Counted from the first letter of the stretch, positions 49,696 through 58,193 are shown. The stretch: 60,623 bases of DNA from Pseudomonadota bacterium (GCA_048498415.1 JBEHYA010000001.1:1-60623); one strand, 5' to 3'. A program made the numbers and translations. The notes: generated from the sequence alone by a model not told the origin.

Positions 49696-50181
49696 ATGTT
49701 CAAAACACCCTGGCTCAAACGTTTGCGCCGTCACTGGCCATCACTCAACGGATTTGCCGCCATGCCTGGATTAGGAAGTCTACTGGGATTGCTGACACTC
49801 ACGCGTCCCACCATTAACGGTCCCGTGTTCCGTGAATTCTTGTCCGGCGTGGTGGCGGTCGTTGGTTTGACCGTCGTCACCGGCATGATGGGCGGCACAC
49901 TTCTTGTGTGCGGTATGTATATGGTGCTGCAGGCCTTCATCCATAACGGGATGAATGCGGATGCCGCGCTTATTACCACTGCGCTTATCACGCTGGTCAT
50001 TTTCGGCGTGCTGGTTGCCATCACCCGCAACCAGCTTGCCCGGTTACTCGATATGCCCAAAAGTCTGGTGCAGCACGAATATCCGGTGCCCGATCAAATC
50101 AGCACGCTTGCCAAATCGTTCATGGATGGGCTTGCCGCCCGCCGTGGTCAGGCGCGCGACGACGCCGACACCCGCCATTAA
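49696..50181 (+). CDS. YqjE-like (phage-holin-family/DUF1469-type) two-TM membrane protein
   Basis: Follows the DUF883 gene as yqjE follows yqjD in E. coli. Has two long hydrophobic helices. ATG at 49696; the track ORF's upstream part overlaps the DUF883 gene. Confidence 0.45.
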   Translation: MFKTPWLKRLRRHWPSLNGFAAMPGLGSLLGLLTLTRPTINGPVFREFLSGVVAVVGLTVVTGMMGGTLLVCGMYMVLQAFIHNGMNADAALITTALITLVIFGVLVAITRNQLARLLDMPKSLVQHEYPVPDQISTLAKSFMDGLAARRGQARDDADTRH

Positions 50182-50323
50182 CACCTGCCGGAAAAGGTTT
50201 CCTTACAGGTTCTTTATGGTTTTTTTATATCGGATCGGCGGCGTTCGTATGTTGAATTTACAAGGTTCCACGTCACTTTCATCCGTCGGTTCGACAAGCT
50301 TTGGAAGAAGAGGAGAAGCCCCC

Positions 50324-50395
50324 ATGCGTGACCTGCTTGTGCTTCTTGTCGGCATTCCGTTGCCCATCGTTCTGATCTATAATCTGGTTTTTTAA
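50324..50395 (+). CDS. unlisted 23-aa single-TM micropeptide (MRDLLVLLVGIPLPIVLIYNLVF)
   Basis: AGGAG 8 nt upstream of ATG 50324. Entirely hydrophobic after MRD. Ends 33 nt before the response-regulator gene. Confidence 0.45.
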   Translation: MRDLLVLLVGIPLPIVLIYNLVF

Positions 50396-50428
50396 GGCCA
50401 CTCAACCTTTATAAAAAGCGACATCATC

Positions 50429-51142
50429 ATGCTGGAAAAACGCAACACGCTGCTTATCGTCGACGACGAACCGCAGATCCGCAAAATGCTGAACATCTTC
50501 CTCGATGCGTCCGACTTCAAGATCGAGGAAAGCGATAACGCCAAGCAGGCCATCCGCCTGGCCGCCTCCATCAAGCCGGATCTGGTGCTGCTTGATCTCG
50601 GCCTGCCCGATATGGATGGCAAGGAAGTTATCAGCGCCATCCGCCAATGGTCGCAGCTTCCCATCATCATCCTCTCCGTGCGCTCGGCCGACGATGAAGT
50701 CGCCACCGCCCTCAACATGGGCGCCGACGATTACGTGACCAAGCCCTTCAACCCGGATGTGCTCCTTGCCCGCATCAACGCCAACCTGCGCAAAACCGCG
50801 GTGCGCGAAGCGGGCGAGCCGGAACTTTCCAACGGCGCCATCCGCATGGATCTGGTGCGCCACGAAGTTTTCGTGGGCGGCGAAAAAGTTTCCTTCACCC
50901 CGAAGGAATACGAATTGCTGCGCTACTTCCTGGTGAACCGCGGCAAGATGCTTACGCACAAACAAATCCTCAAGGAAGTCTGGGGCCCGGCGCATGGCGA
51001 AGACACGCAGTACCTACGCGTGTATGTCGGCCAGGTGCGCGAGAAGATCGAAAAGCACACCGGCTCCGCGCAGCTCATCACCACGGAACCCGGCATTGGC
51101 TACCGCATGGAAATTGCCGATGCGGCCGCCAAAGCGGCCTGA
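50429..51142 (+). CDS. OmpR-family response regulator, KdpE-like
   Basis: REC plus winged helix. Several blocks closely resemble E. coli KdpE (DLGLPDMDG..I..IRQWS..PIIILSVRS, ...GADDYVTKPF, LTHKQILKEVWGPAHGEDTQYLRVYVGQVREKIE, ITTEPGIGYR). Confidence 0.85.
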   Translation: MLEKRNTLLIVDDEPQIRKMLNIFLDASDFKIEESDNAKQAIRLAASIKPDLVLLDLGLPDMDGKEVISAIRQWSQLPIIILSVRSADDEVATALNMGADDYVTKPFNPDVLLARINANLRKTAVREAGEPELSNGAIRMDLVRHEVFVGGEKVSFTPKEYELLRYFLVNRGKMLTHKQILKEVWGPAHGEDTQYLRVYVGQVREKIEKHTGSAQLITTEPGIGYRMEIADAAAKAA

Positions 51143-51167
51143 AAACGCCGGTTTTTACGGCTATTTA

Positions 51168-51215
51168 ATGAACGCCCGCGCGTGCCATACGGCGAATTAA
51201 CGCGCGGGCGTTCAT
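51168..51215. terminator. perfect 15-bp-stem hairpin after the regulator gene (terminator or REP-like element)
   Basis: atgaacgcccgcgcg - 18-nt loop - cgcgcgggcgttcat, with no clear T-run. Confidence 0.5.
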
Positions 51216-51243
51216 CTTGAATAGATCAGATGCTGGAGACCTC

Positions 51244-51426
51244 ATGATCACCCGCGAATTTAATCCGCTTCTGCCTATTCTCTTCGGCCTTGCCATCGCG
51301 CTCGCCGCAAGCCATGCCATGGCCGGACCCTCTTTGCTGCAGGCGTTACCCACCTATAGCCAGTATGATTTTCTGCAGCGTCTGGGACTGGTCGAAATCC
51401 CTTTGCCGGCTACCATTGCGATCTGA
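51244..51426 (+). CDS. possible small secreted peptide precursor (60 aa)
   Basis: GGAG 6 nt upstream of ATG 51244. Signal-peptide-like LLPILFGLAIALAASHAMA|GP, then about 35 residues. Confidence 0.35.
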   Translation: MITREFNPLLPILFGLAIALAASHAMAGPSLLQALPTYSQYDFLQRLGLVEIPLPATIAI

Positions 51427-51539
51427 TATTCCCATCTTACCTGCTTTTTATAAGTACCATCCGGATTCACGCTGAATTATTACGCGGCTGTTTTTACTCT
51501 TAAACCTCAATCATCCCATTTCAGGAAAGGCGAACACTC

Positions 51540-51788
51540 ATGATTAAGAAAACTGCTTCCGCTGTTCTTTGCAGCGCTATGTTGTTGACCTTGGCCGCTT
51601 GCGGCGATGCCCCGGGCGAACGTGCGTTGTCAGGCGCCGGTATCGGTGCCGGCGGCGGCGCGCTGGGCGCGGCCGTTCTGGGTGCCAACCCCTTGGCCGG
51701 TGCGGCCATCGGCGGTGCCGTTGGCGCTGTGACGGGTGCTGCCACCAATAAGCGTGATATCAATTTAGGCAAGCCCGCCTGGAAATGA
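51540..51788 (+). CDS. glycine-zipper lipoprotein (17-kDa-antigen/YMGG-like)
   Basis: Lipobox LTLAAC, then GAGIGAGGGALGAAVLGANPLAGAAIGGAVGAVTGAA. Confidence 0.75.
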   Translation: MIKKTASAVLCSAMLLTLAACGDAPGERALSGAGIGAGGGALGAAVLGANPLAGAAIGGAVGAVTGAATNKRDINLGKPAWK

Positions 51789-51899
51789 CACAATGTTGCC
51801 ATAGGGAGTTCTAGAATCTGTTCTAGTTTTACTCCCTCTGGTACTTGTGGACAAAATCTGCTTTAACACCTATCCCACACTCACTTGAAAGGAACGATA

Positions 51900-52286
51900 A
51901 TGAAAAAGTCCCTTCTCGCCGCTGCTGCATTAGCTCTGGCTTTTGCCGCCCCGGCTTTTGCCGCTGAAGACACTTCCTACAAAGCCGAAGTCAAGGTCAA
52001 GCAGGAAGCCAACGGCGGTGTTGAAAAGAAGACCACCGAAACCGCGACCGACGCGGCCGGCACCACCACGACCAAGGAAACCAAGGTCGATGTGGATGTA
52101 AAGGATAACGGCGACAAGACCACCACGGAAAAGACCAAGGAAACGGTCGATCCGAAGGGCCTGATGAACGCCACGACGACGGAAACCGTCGACACCACCA
52201 AGGAAAAAGACGGCCAGGTGGAAACCAGCCACAAGGTCACCAAGGATGGTAAGACCGTGACGGAAGAAAAGTCGACCACCAAGTAA
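51900..52286 (+). CDS. secreted Thr/Lys/Glu/Asp-rich low-complexity protein
   Basis: Signal peptide MKKSLLAAAALALAFAAPAFA|AE. Degenerate internal repeats (TTTTKETKVDVD / TTTEKTKETVD / TTTETVDTTKEKDG). A terminator follows. Confidence 0.6.
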   Translation: MKKSLLAAAALALAFAAPAFAAEDTSYKAEVKVKQEANGGVEKKTTETATDAAGTTTTKETKVDVDVKDNGDKTTTEKTKETVDPKGLMNATTTETVDTTKEKDGQVETSHKVTKDGKTVTEEKSTTK

Positions 52287-52318
52287 TTCTTAAGCCGCTT
52301 GCCGGTTAAGAAAGATAA

Positions 52319-52347
52319 GCCCGCCGGCTCAAACCGGCGGGCTTTTT
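52319..52347 (+). terminator. Rho-independent terminator
   Basis: gcccgccgg-ctcaaa-ccggcgggc followed by TTTTT. Confidence 0.85.
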
Positions 52348-52424
52348 CTTTGCGCCCATGCGCATGCCGGCGCCCTTCCTAACGGCTTCCTTATGGAAAA
52401 TTTATAGCGCCTGACGGCCTATTT

Positions 52425-54347
52425 ATGACTTCGTTTCGCGCACGGCGGGGGGCCGGCACCACACCTATGCGTTTTGTGATTGATCGTTTTCTTCACTGGC
52501 CGGCTTTTAGCGGCGCGAACATCCTTAGCTACCGGGTGCATCGCCCGTTCGTCATTATTTTTCTTATCTCCTGCGCGCTGCTCGGCGGGCTGACCTTTAC
52601 CCTTTATACCGAAGCCCGCCAGACGCGCGCGGCCGGCAGCTGGATCACCTATACCTATGAAGTCATCCGTGTCGCGCGCCTGTGTGTGACGTTGGCGGTT
52701 GATATCGAAACCGGCCAGCGCGGCTACCTGCTCACCCGCAACAAGGAATTTCTGGAGCCCTACAATTCCGGCATCGCGCGGCTCGATGAAAATTTCACCC
52801 AGCTCCGCGATATGGCGCAAAACGATCCGGCGCAGCAGATCCATCTGCAAAACGCGGCACGCCTGATCGGCGAGATGGAAAAAACCCTGGCCGCGCAGGT
52901 CAAACGCTTCGAAGACCCGCGCGGCGCCATGCTATCGGTGGAAGATTTGCGCGCCAGCAAAGCGCTGATGGATGAATTCCGCTCCACCATGGATGCTTTC
53001 ATCATCAACGAACGCAAACGTCTGGATGAACGCCGCCAGAACGCGGAAGAGAAAGAGCGTAATTATCTTTATACGCTTGTTATCGGCGCCTTGCTCACCA
53101 TTGGCGGCCTGCTTGTGGCCAATATGATGATCAGCAATCTCATGGCGCGTTCGCGCAAGGCCGAAGACCAGCTGCAGTCCGCGCAGGATAATTACCGTCT
53201 CATCCTCAAAGGCATCCATGACGGCATCTACGATTACAACCCGCAAACCGGCGCGGCGCGCTATTCCAGCAGCTACGAAGAACTGCTTGGCTACACGCCG
53301 GAAGAAATGCCGGCCAGCATTCCCGATGGTCTCAAGCTCCTCCATCCGGACGACTACGCGCCGACCAAACTGCTGATGGATAAATTCGTAAACCGCGAAA
53401 TCCCTACCTACACCGCGATCTTCCGCATGCGCCACAAAAACGGCAGCTGGCGCTGGATCATGTCGCGCGGCGTGGGTGTGTGGGATAACAAAGGCGTCTG
53501 CACGCGCATGCTCGGCACGCATACCGACATCACCGAACAAAAACGCCATGAAGAAGCCTTGCGCCAGCTCAACGCCGAAATGGAAGGCGTGATTTACATG
53601 GTCTCGCACGATCTTCGCGCGCCCCTGGTGAACATGCGGGGTTTTGCCAGCGAGATCGAGCATTCGCTGACCCAGGCCAAACCGCTGCTTGATCCGGTGA
53701 TCGAGGCGATGCCGGAAGTCCCGCAAAAACTTCTGCGCCAGATTTTCGATACCGATATTCCGGAATCCTTCGGCTTCATCCACTCCGGCGTGCAGCGCAT
53801 GGATGCGCTCACCCAAGCCATCCTTGATTTAAGCCGCGTGGGCCGGCGCGATTACAAGCAGGAAAAGGTCGATCCCAATGCCATCGTCCAGCGCTGCCTG
53901 GCCAGCCTGGCCTATGAAATCAACAACCGCAACGTAACAGTACACGCCGAACCCTTGCCGGAGGTTGTGACCGATCCGCTCGCGCTCGAGCAGATCATCG
54001 GCAACATCATCGATAACGCCATCAAATATATCGATCCCGCACGTCCCGGCCAGATTACCATCCGCGCCGCGCAGCATACGTGGGAAACCGTATTCAGCAT
54101 CGAAGATAACGGCCGCGGCATCGCGCCGGAAGATTACCGCAAGGTCTTCGATATTTTCAGAAGGGCCAGCAACAGCGGCAATGTGCGCGGCGCCGGCATG
54201 GGCATGGCGACCATCAAAGCCGTGCTGCGCCGCCTGGGCGGGCGCATCTGGTTCGATTCCACCCTTGGCGTCGGCACGGTTTTCCATTTCTCCATCCCCG
54301 CACCCTATAGCGCATCCAACCCCAGCCACCGGCAGGAGGCCGTATGA
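52425..54347 (+). CDS. CHASE3-PAS sensor histidine kinase
   Basis: TM, CHASE3-like periplasmic region (..DIETGQRGYLLTRNKEFLEPY..), second TM, PAS, HisKA (VSHDLRAPL) and HATPase_c (DNGRGI, GAGMGMA). Confidence 0.88.
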   Translation: MTSFRARRGAGTTPMRFVIDRFLHWPAFSGANILSYRVHRPFVIIFLISCALLGGLTFTLYTEARQTRAAGSWITYTYEVIRVARLCVTLAVDIETGQRGYLLTRNKEFLEPYNSGIARLDENFTQLRDMAQNDPAQQIHLQNAARLIGEMEKTLAAQVKRFEDPRGAMLSVEDLRASKALMDEFRSTMDAFIINERKRLDERRQNAEEKERNYLYTLVIGALLTIGGLLVANMMISNLMARSRKAEDQLQSAQDNYRLILKGIHDGIYDYNPQTGAARYSSSYEELLGYTPEEMPASIPDGLKLLHPDDYAPTKLLMDKFVNREIPTYTAIFRMRHKNGSWRWIMSRGVGVWDNKGVCTRMLGTHTDITEQKRHEEALRQLNAEMEGVIYMVSHDLRAPLVNMRGFASEIEHSLTQAKPLLDPVIEAMPEVPQKLLRQIFDTDIPESFGFIHSGVQRMDALTQAILDLSRVGRRDYKQEKVDPNAIVQRCLASLAYEINNRNVTVHAEPLPEVVTDPLALEQIIGNIIDNAIKYIDPARPGQITIRAAQHTWETVFSIEDNGRGIAPEDYRKVFDIFRRASNSGNVRGAGMGMATIKAVLRRLGGRIWFDSTLGVGTVFHFSIPAPYSASNPSHRQEAV

Positions 54348-54781
54348 TGATGTCCGACAAAATGACGATTTTCATGGTGGAGGATGACCCCGGCCACGCC
54401 AAATTGATTGAGAAAAACCTGCGCCGCGCGGGCATTGGCAATGAAATAGTGCATCTCGATGACGGCGCCAAAGTTATTCAACGTTTCCTTGATCCTGGCA
54501 GCACGGAAAAACCCAGCGAGGTGCTGATGCTCCTCGATCTGAATTTACCGCAAATCGATGGCTACGAAGTGCTGCGCCGCATGAAGGCGTCGCCCACCAT
54601 GCGCACCATTCCTATCATCGTTCTCACCACCACCGATAACCCCCGCGAAATCGAGCGGTGTTACGAGCTTGGCTGCAACGTCTACATCACCAAGCCGGTG
54701 GAATATGAAAATTTTTCCGAAGCTATCCGTAAACTCGGCCTCATGCTCGCCGTTGTGAAAATTCCGGGCGAGGCCGCATAA
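54344..54781 (+). CDS. stand-alone receiver-domain response regulator
   Basis: 145-aa REC only (VEDDPGHA..., LLDLNLPQIDG, ITKP). 4-nt overlap with the kinase gene. Confidence 0.88.
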   Translation: MMMSDKMTIFMVEDDPGHAKLIEKNLRRAGIGNEIVHLDDGAKVIQRFLDPGSTEKPSEVLMLLDLNLPQIDGYEVLRRMKASPTMRTIPIIVLTTTDNPREIERCYELGCNVYITKPVEYENFSEAIRKLGLMLAVVKIPGEAA

Positions 54782-54790
54782 GAGAAAACC

Positions 54791-56386
54791 ATGCACACCA
54801 GCCCCTCCCGCAATCTGCAGAATATTCTCTACATCGAAGACGATGAAGCCCTCGCGCACCTTCTGCAAAAACGCATGGCCCGCGTCGGTTTTCAGGTCGA
54901 TATCGCGCTGAATGGCGAAGAAGGCCTGAAGCTTATTCGCAAAAATACCTACGACCTTGTGCTGGTCGATTACCAGCTGCCCGGCATGAACGGCCTTGAT
55001 GTGCTGGCGGCCCTCACGCCGCCGGCCGATTATCCGCCGGTCATTGTTTTAACCGCCGGCGGCGATGAAAAAGTGGCCCTCCAGGCGCTCGCCAATGGCG
55101 CGGCCGATTATGCGGTTAAAGATGTGGGCCAGCTTTATTTCGATTTACTGCCCGCCGTCATGCAGGCCGCTTTCACCAAAGACCGCCTGACGCGCGAAAA
55201 CGAATTGCAGCGCCGCGAGCTGGCGGAGGCGAAGGAAAAAGCCGAATCCGCCAGCCTGGCCAAAAGCGATTTTCTGGCCACCATGAGCCACGAAATCCGC
55301 ACGCCGATGAACGCGGTGGTGGGGCTTTCCACGCTGCTCGCGCGCACGCCATTAAACGACAAGCAGCGCGAAATGGTGGATACGCTGCGCACCAACGCCG
55401 ATGTGCTGCTTAAACTCATCAACAATCTTCTCGATCTCAGCCGCATTGAAGCCGAGCAGATCGAGCTGGAGATTTCCGATTTCACCCTTGGCGAGGTATT
55501 GAAAGAACTGGAAGGCGTGTTTGATCTGCAGATGAAGCAGAAGGGTCTAGCGTTCACGGTGACCGATGCCAGCAAAGGGCTGACGCTGCAGGGCGACCGC
55601 ACACGCATCCAGCAGATCATGATCAACCTGGTCGGCAACGCTTTCAAATTCACCGATAAGGGTGGCATTGATGCCAAAGTCACCGCCACCGCCGGCCCCG
55701 ACGGCAGGGCGGAAGTGGCCTTCAGCGTGACCGATACCGGCATCGGCATTGCGCCGGCAAAACTCGCCACCATCTTCAATAAATTCAGCCAGGCCGATCA
55801 AAGCATCTCGCGGCGCTTTGGCGGCAGCGGGCTGGGGCTTGCGATCAGCAAGCGCCTTAGCCAGCTCATGGGCGGCGATATCAAGGTAACCAGCACGGAA
55901 GGCAAGGGCTCGACCTTTACCGCCACCTGGAACCTGCCGGTCGCCCGCATCGCCGCGCCCGAATCCGTTGCAGCCACAGCCGATACGGCGAATGCCGCGC
56001 CCACGCACACCACCGTGCTGCTGGTGGAAGACTATCCCGCCAATGTCATGGTCGCGACCATGATGCTGGAGAGCATGGGCTACTCCGTCGAAGCCGTGCC
56101 CAGCGGCAAACAGGCCATCCAGAAAATCAGCGCGCAGGCCGCTCCTTATGTTGCGATCCTCATGGACGTGCAGATGAACGATATGGATGGCTACGAGACC
56201 ACGCGCCGCGTGCGCGCGCTGGAAAAAGAAAAGGGTTTCCGCCATACCATCATCGGCGTGACCGCCCACGCGCTGGCGGGCGACCGCGAACGCTGCATCG
56301 AAGCCGGCATGGATGATTACATGAGCAAGCCCATTCACCCGGAAGTGCTCGCCCAGAAGCTCAGCAAGCTGCGCCCGGCCGCTTAA
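54791..56386 (+). CDS. hybrid histidine kinase (REC-HisKA-HATPase-REC)
   Basis: N-terminal REC (LVDYQLPGMNG), HisKA (MSHEIRTPMNAV), HATPase (DTGIGI, GGSGLGLAI) and C-terminal REC (LMDVQMNDMDG...KP). Confidence 0.9.
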   Translation: MHTSPSRNLQNILYIEDDEALAHLLQKRMARVGFQVDIALNGEEGLKLIRKNTYDLVLVDYQLPGMNGLDVLAALTPPADYPPVIVLTAGGDEKVALQALANGAADYAVKDVGQLYFDLLPAVMQAAFTKDRLTRENELQRRELAEAKEKAESASLAKSDFLATMSHEIRTPMNAVVGLSTLLARTPLNDKQREMVDTLRTNADVLLKLINNLLDLSRIEAEQIELEISDFTLGEVLKELEGVFDLQMKQKGLAFTVTDASKGLTLQGDRTRIQQIMINLVGNAFKFTDKGGIDAKVTATAGPDGRAEVAFSVTDTGIGIAPAKLATIFNKFSQADQSISRRFGGSGLGLAISKRLSQLMGGDIKVTSTEGKGSTFTATWNLPVARIAAPESVAATADTANAAPTHTTVLLVEDYPANVMVATMMLESMGYSVEAVPSGKQAIQKISAQAAPYVAILMDVQMNDMDGYETTRRVRALEKEKGFRHTIIGVTAHALAGDRERCIEAGMDDYMSKPIHPEVLAQKLSKLRPAA

Positions 56387-56533
56387 ATATTTGAAAACAA
56401 AGGAAAAAACGGCAAAAACCGGCTTATCATCAATTTACGAAAACAAGGGGTTTCGCGCACAGAATCCTTACATGACGCATGCTGAAGTGGGTGTGTTCAC
56501 CGCTTACGACGAACAACCTACAGGAGACCGTTC

Positions 56534-56692
56534 ATGCACATCGCCCGTCAGCAATCATTTGCCCAACTCCCGGCCGTCTTTCCGGAGCTTCAGGTGCTTG
56601 ATGATGAGTTCGATACGCTCGGCATCGAGGACGATTTTTACGACGACCAGTTCGGCAAGACCACGGCGTATTATTCGCGCCGTGTTTATTAA
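56534..56692 (+). CDS. unlisted 52-aa acidic protein (MHIARQQSF...DDEFDTLGIEDDFYDDQFGK...)
   Basis: AGGAG 8 nt upstream of ATG 56534. Different frame from the implausible track ORF 56391-56735. Followed 29 nt later by the next gene. Confidence 0.4.
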   Translation: MHIARQQSFAQLPAVFPELQVLDDEFDTLGIEDDFYDDQFGKTTAYYSRRVY

Positions 56693-56721
56693 TCAACTCC
56701 AGCAAAAGGGGACCATCACTC

Positions 56722-56979
56722 ATGGCTACCTATAATTCATCCAACCGCTCGCTTGGCATTCTTGTGGGCATCATCATTCTCGCCATCGTCGGCTTTCTGG
56801 CTTACCCCTATGTAATGCACGATAATCGCACCACCGGCGAACGCCTTGGCGACGCTGTCGATGCGCTGCCGCACGGCATCGATAAAGCCGCCGACCAGCT
56901 CGGCGACCGCAGCCCGGCGGAACGCGCGGGCGATGCCTTGCGCAAGACCGGCGACAAAATCGATAACGCCGTCCGCTAA
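56722..56979 (+). CDS. small N-terminally membrane-anchored hydrophilic protein
   Basis: 85 aa with TM LGILVGIIILAIVGFLAY, then a charged helical tail. A strong terminator follows. Confidence 0.55.
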   Translation: MATYNSSNRSLGILVGIIILAIVGFLAYPYVMHDNRTTGERLGDAVDALPHGIDKAADQLGDRSPAERAGDALRKTGDKIDNAVR

Positions 56980-57007
56980 GCGTTTTATTTAGATAATCCC
57001 CTCCGAT

Positions 57008-57054
57008 TCCCCCGTTCTGCCGCGCCTTCGGGTGCGGCAGCGGGGGATTTTTTT
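57008..57054 (+). terminator. Rho-independent terminator (long two-tier stem)
   Basis: tcccccg..ctgccgc-N10-gcggcag cggggga followed by T7. Confidence 0.85.
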
Positions 57055-57147
57055 ATTAACGTTTTATTTGATCCGCCGCGCTTTCCGAAGTTAAAAAAAC
57101 CTGCCTCCTGATAGGTTCAGATGGTATACCAGAAAGGAGACCGCCCC

Positions 57148-57939
57148 ATGACGTCTGCGCCCCGCGCCGCATCCCGTCTCACGCCGCTGCATAAAAAGAA
57201 GATCATGCAAGATAACAACAAGAACGCTCACCCCGAAGAACTTGAACAGGCGTTCTCGCGCGAGCGGGAGAAAATTCATCAGGAAATGCTCTCCTCCGTC
57301 TCGCATGATTTAAAAACCCCGCTCGCCGCCGTGATCGGCTCGCTGGAAATTTACGAACGCATGGGCAAAGCGCTGGGCCCCGAAAAAAGCGCGCAGCTGA
57401 TTGCCACGGCCCTGCAGGAAGCCTACCGGCTGGATAATTTCGTCACCAACATCCTCGATATGGCCAAGCTGGATAATGGCCTGGTCAAGATGCGCAAGGA
57501 ACCCTGCGATCTGGAAACGCTGCTGCGCGATTCAATCGAAAAAGCGCTGCATCGCCATAAGGGCTTAAAAATCACGCTGGTGCCGGTATCGGGCCTCAAT
57601 CCCGTTCATACGGATCCGGCTTTGTTTATCCGTCTGGTCAGCCTGCTCCTCGATAACGCCGCCAAGCATGCGCAGGGCGCCGGCGTTGAAATCCGGCTTA
57701 AGCAAGTGGGAAATGGCGCCGAAGTGCTGGTCAGCGATAGCGGCCCCGGCATCCCCGATGGCCGCGAGGAAGAGATTTTCTCCAAATACACCCGCATCAA
57801 ATATCAGGATCGCCAGCATGCCGGCACCGGCCTTGGCCTCTCCATTGCCCGGGGGCTGGCGCATTTGCTGGGTGGCCAGTTAAAAGCCGGCAACGGCGCA
57901 TCGGGCGGCGCTGTCTTTACCTTCACCCTTAAAAATTAA
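57148..57939 (+). CDS. soluble histidine kinase core (HisKA-HATPase_c only, no sensor or TM domain)
   Basis: SSVSHDLKTPLAAVIGS H-box, N box LLLDNAAKHA, DSGPGIP and GTGLGLSIA. Only about 45 residues precede the H-box. AGGAG lies 8 nt upstream of ATG 57148. Confidence 0.85.
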   Translation: MTSAPRAASRLTPLHKKKIMQDNNKNAHPEELEQAFSREREKIHQEMLSSVSHDLKTPLAAVIGSLEIYERMGKALGPEKSAQLIATALQEAYRLDNFVTNILDMAKLDNGLVKMRKEPCDLETLLRDSIEKALHRHKGLKITLVPVSGLNPVHTDPALFIRLVSLLLDNAAKHAQGAGVEIRLKQVGNGAEVLVSDSGPGIPDGREEEIFSKYTRIKYQDRQHAGTGLGLSIARGLAHLLGGQLKAGNGASGGAVFTFTLKN

Positions 57940-57951
57940 GCCCATAAAAAA

Positions 57952-57981
57952 TGGGAGACGCCTATCGCTAGGCATCTCCCA
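57952..57981. terminator. hairpin between convergent genes (kinase / DUF1328)
   Basis: tgggagacgcc-tatcgct-aggcatctccca (one mismatch) with an A-run upstream. Confidence 0.5.
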
Positions 57982-58007
57982 TCCATCTTCACGCCTGAAG
58001 ATTAGTC

Positions 58008-58193
58008 TTATACGGAGGGCGTCGGTGGCCGGCGGCCGGTGACCATGCTGTAGACCAGCGAGATCACGAACAGCACCACGAACAGCACCGCGATGAATTT
58101 CGCGATTTCAGCAAAGGTGCCGGCAAGGCCGCCAAAGCCGAAGATGGCCGCAACAACGGCCAGAAGGAAAAAGGTGATTACCCAATTCAACAT
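58008..58193 (-). CDS. DUF1328 (YtjA-like) small membrane protein
   Basis: MLNWVITFFLLAVVAAIFGFGGLAG... is the characteristic DUF1328 sequence. GGGAG lies upstream of ATG 58193. Confidence 0.8.
   Translation of the reverse strand: MLNWVITFFLLAVVAAIFGFGGLAGTFAEIAKFIAVLFVVLFVISLVYSMVTGRRPPTPSV

Noticed and set aside
50324-50395. The 23-aa micropeptide as KdpF
   Set aside because: The sequence lacks the KdpF-type YL.YAL..PE.F pattern and no kdpABC follows, so it is kept as an unassigned micropeptide.
56391-56735. 114-aa track ORF after the hybrid kinase
   Set aside because: It begins at TTG with no SD and its sequence looks implausible. A 52-aa ORF with AGGAG in another frame, plus the following gene, explain the region better.
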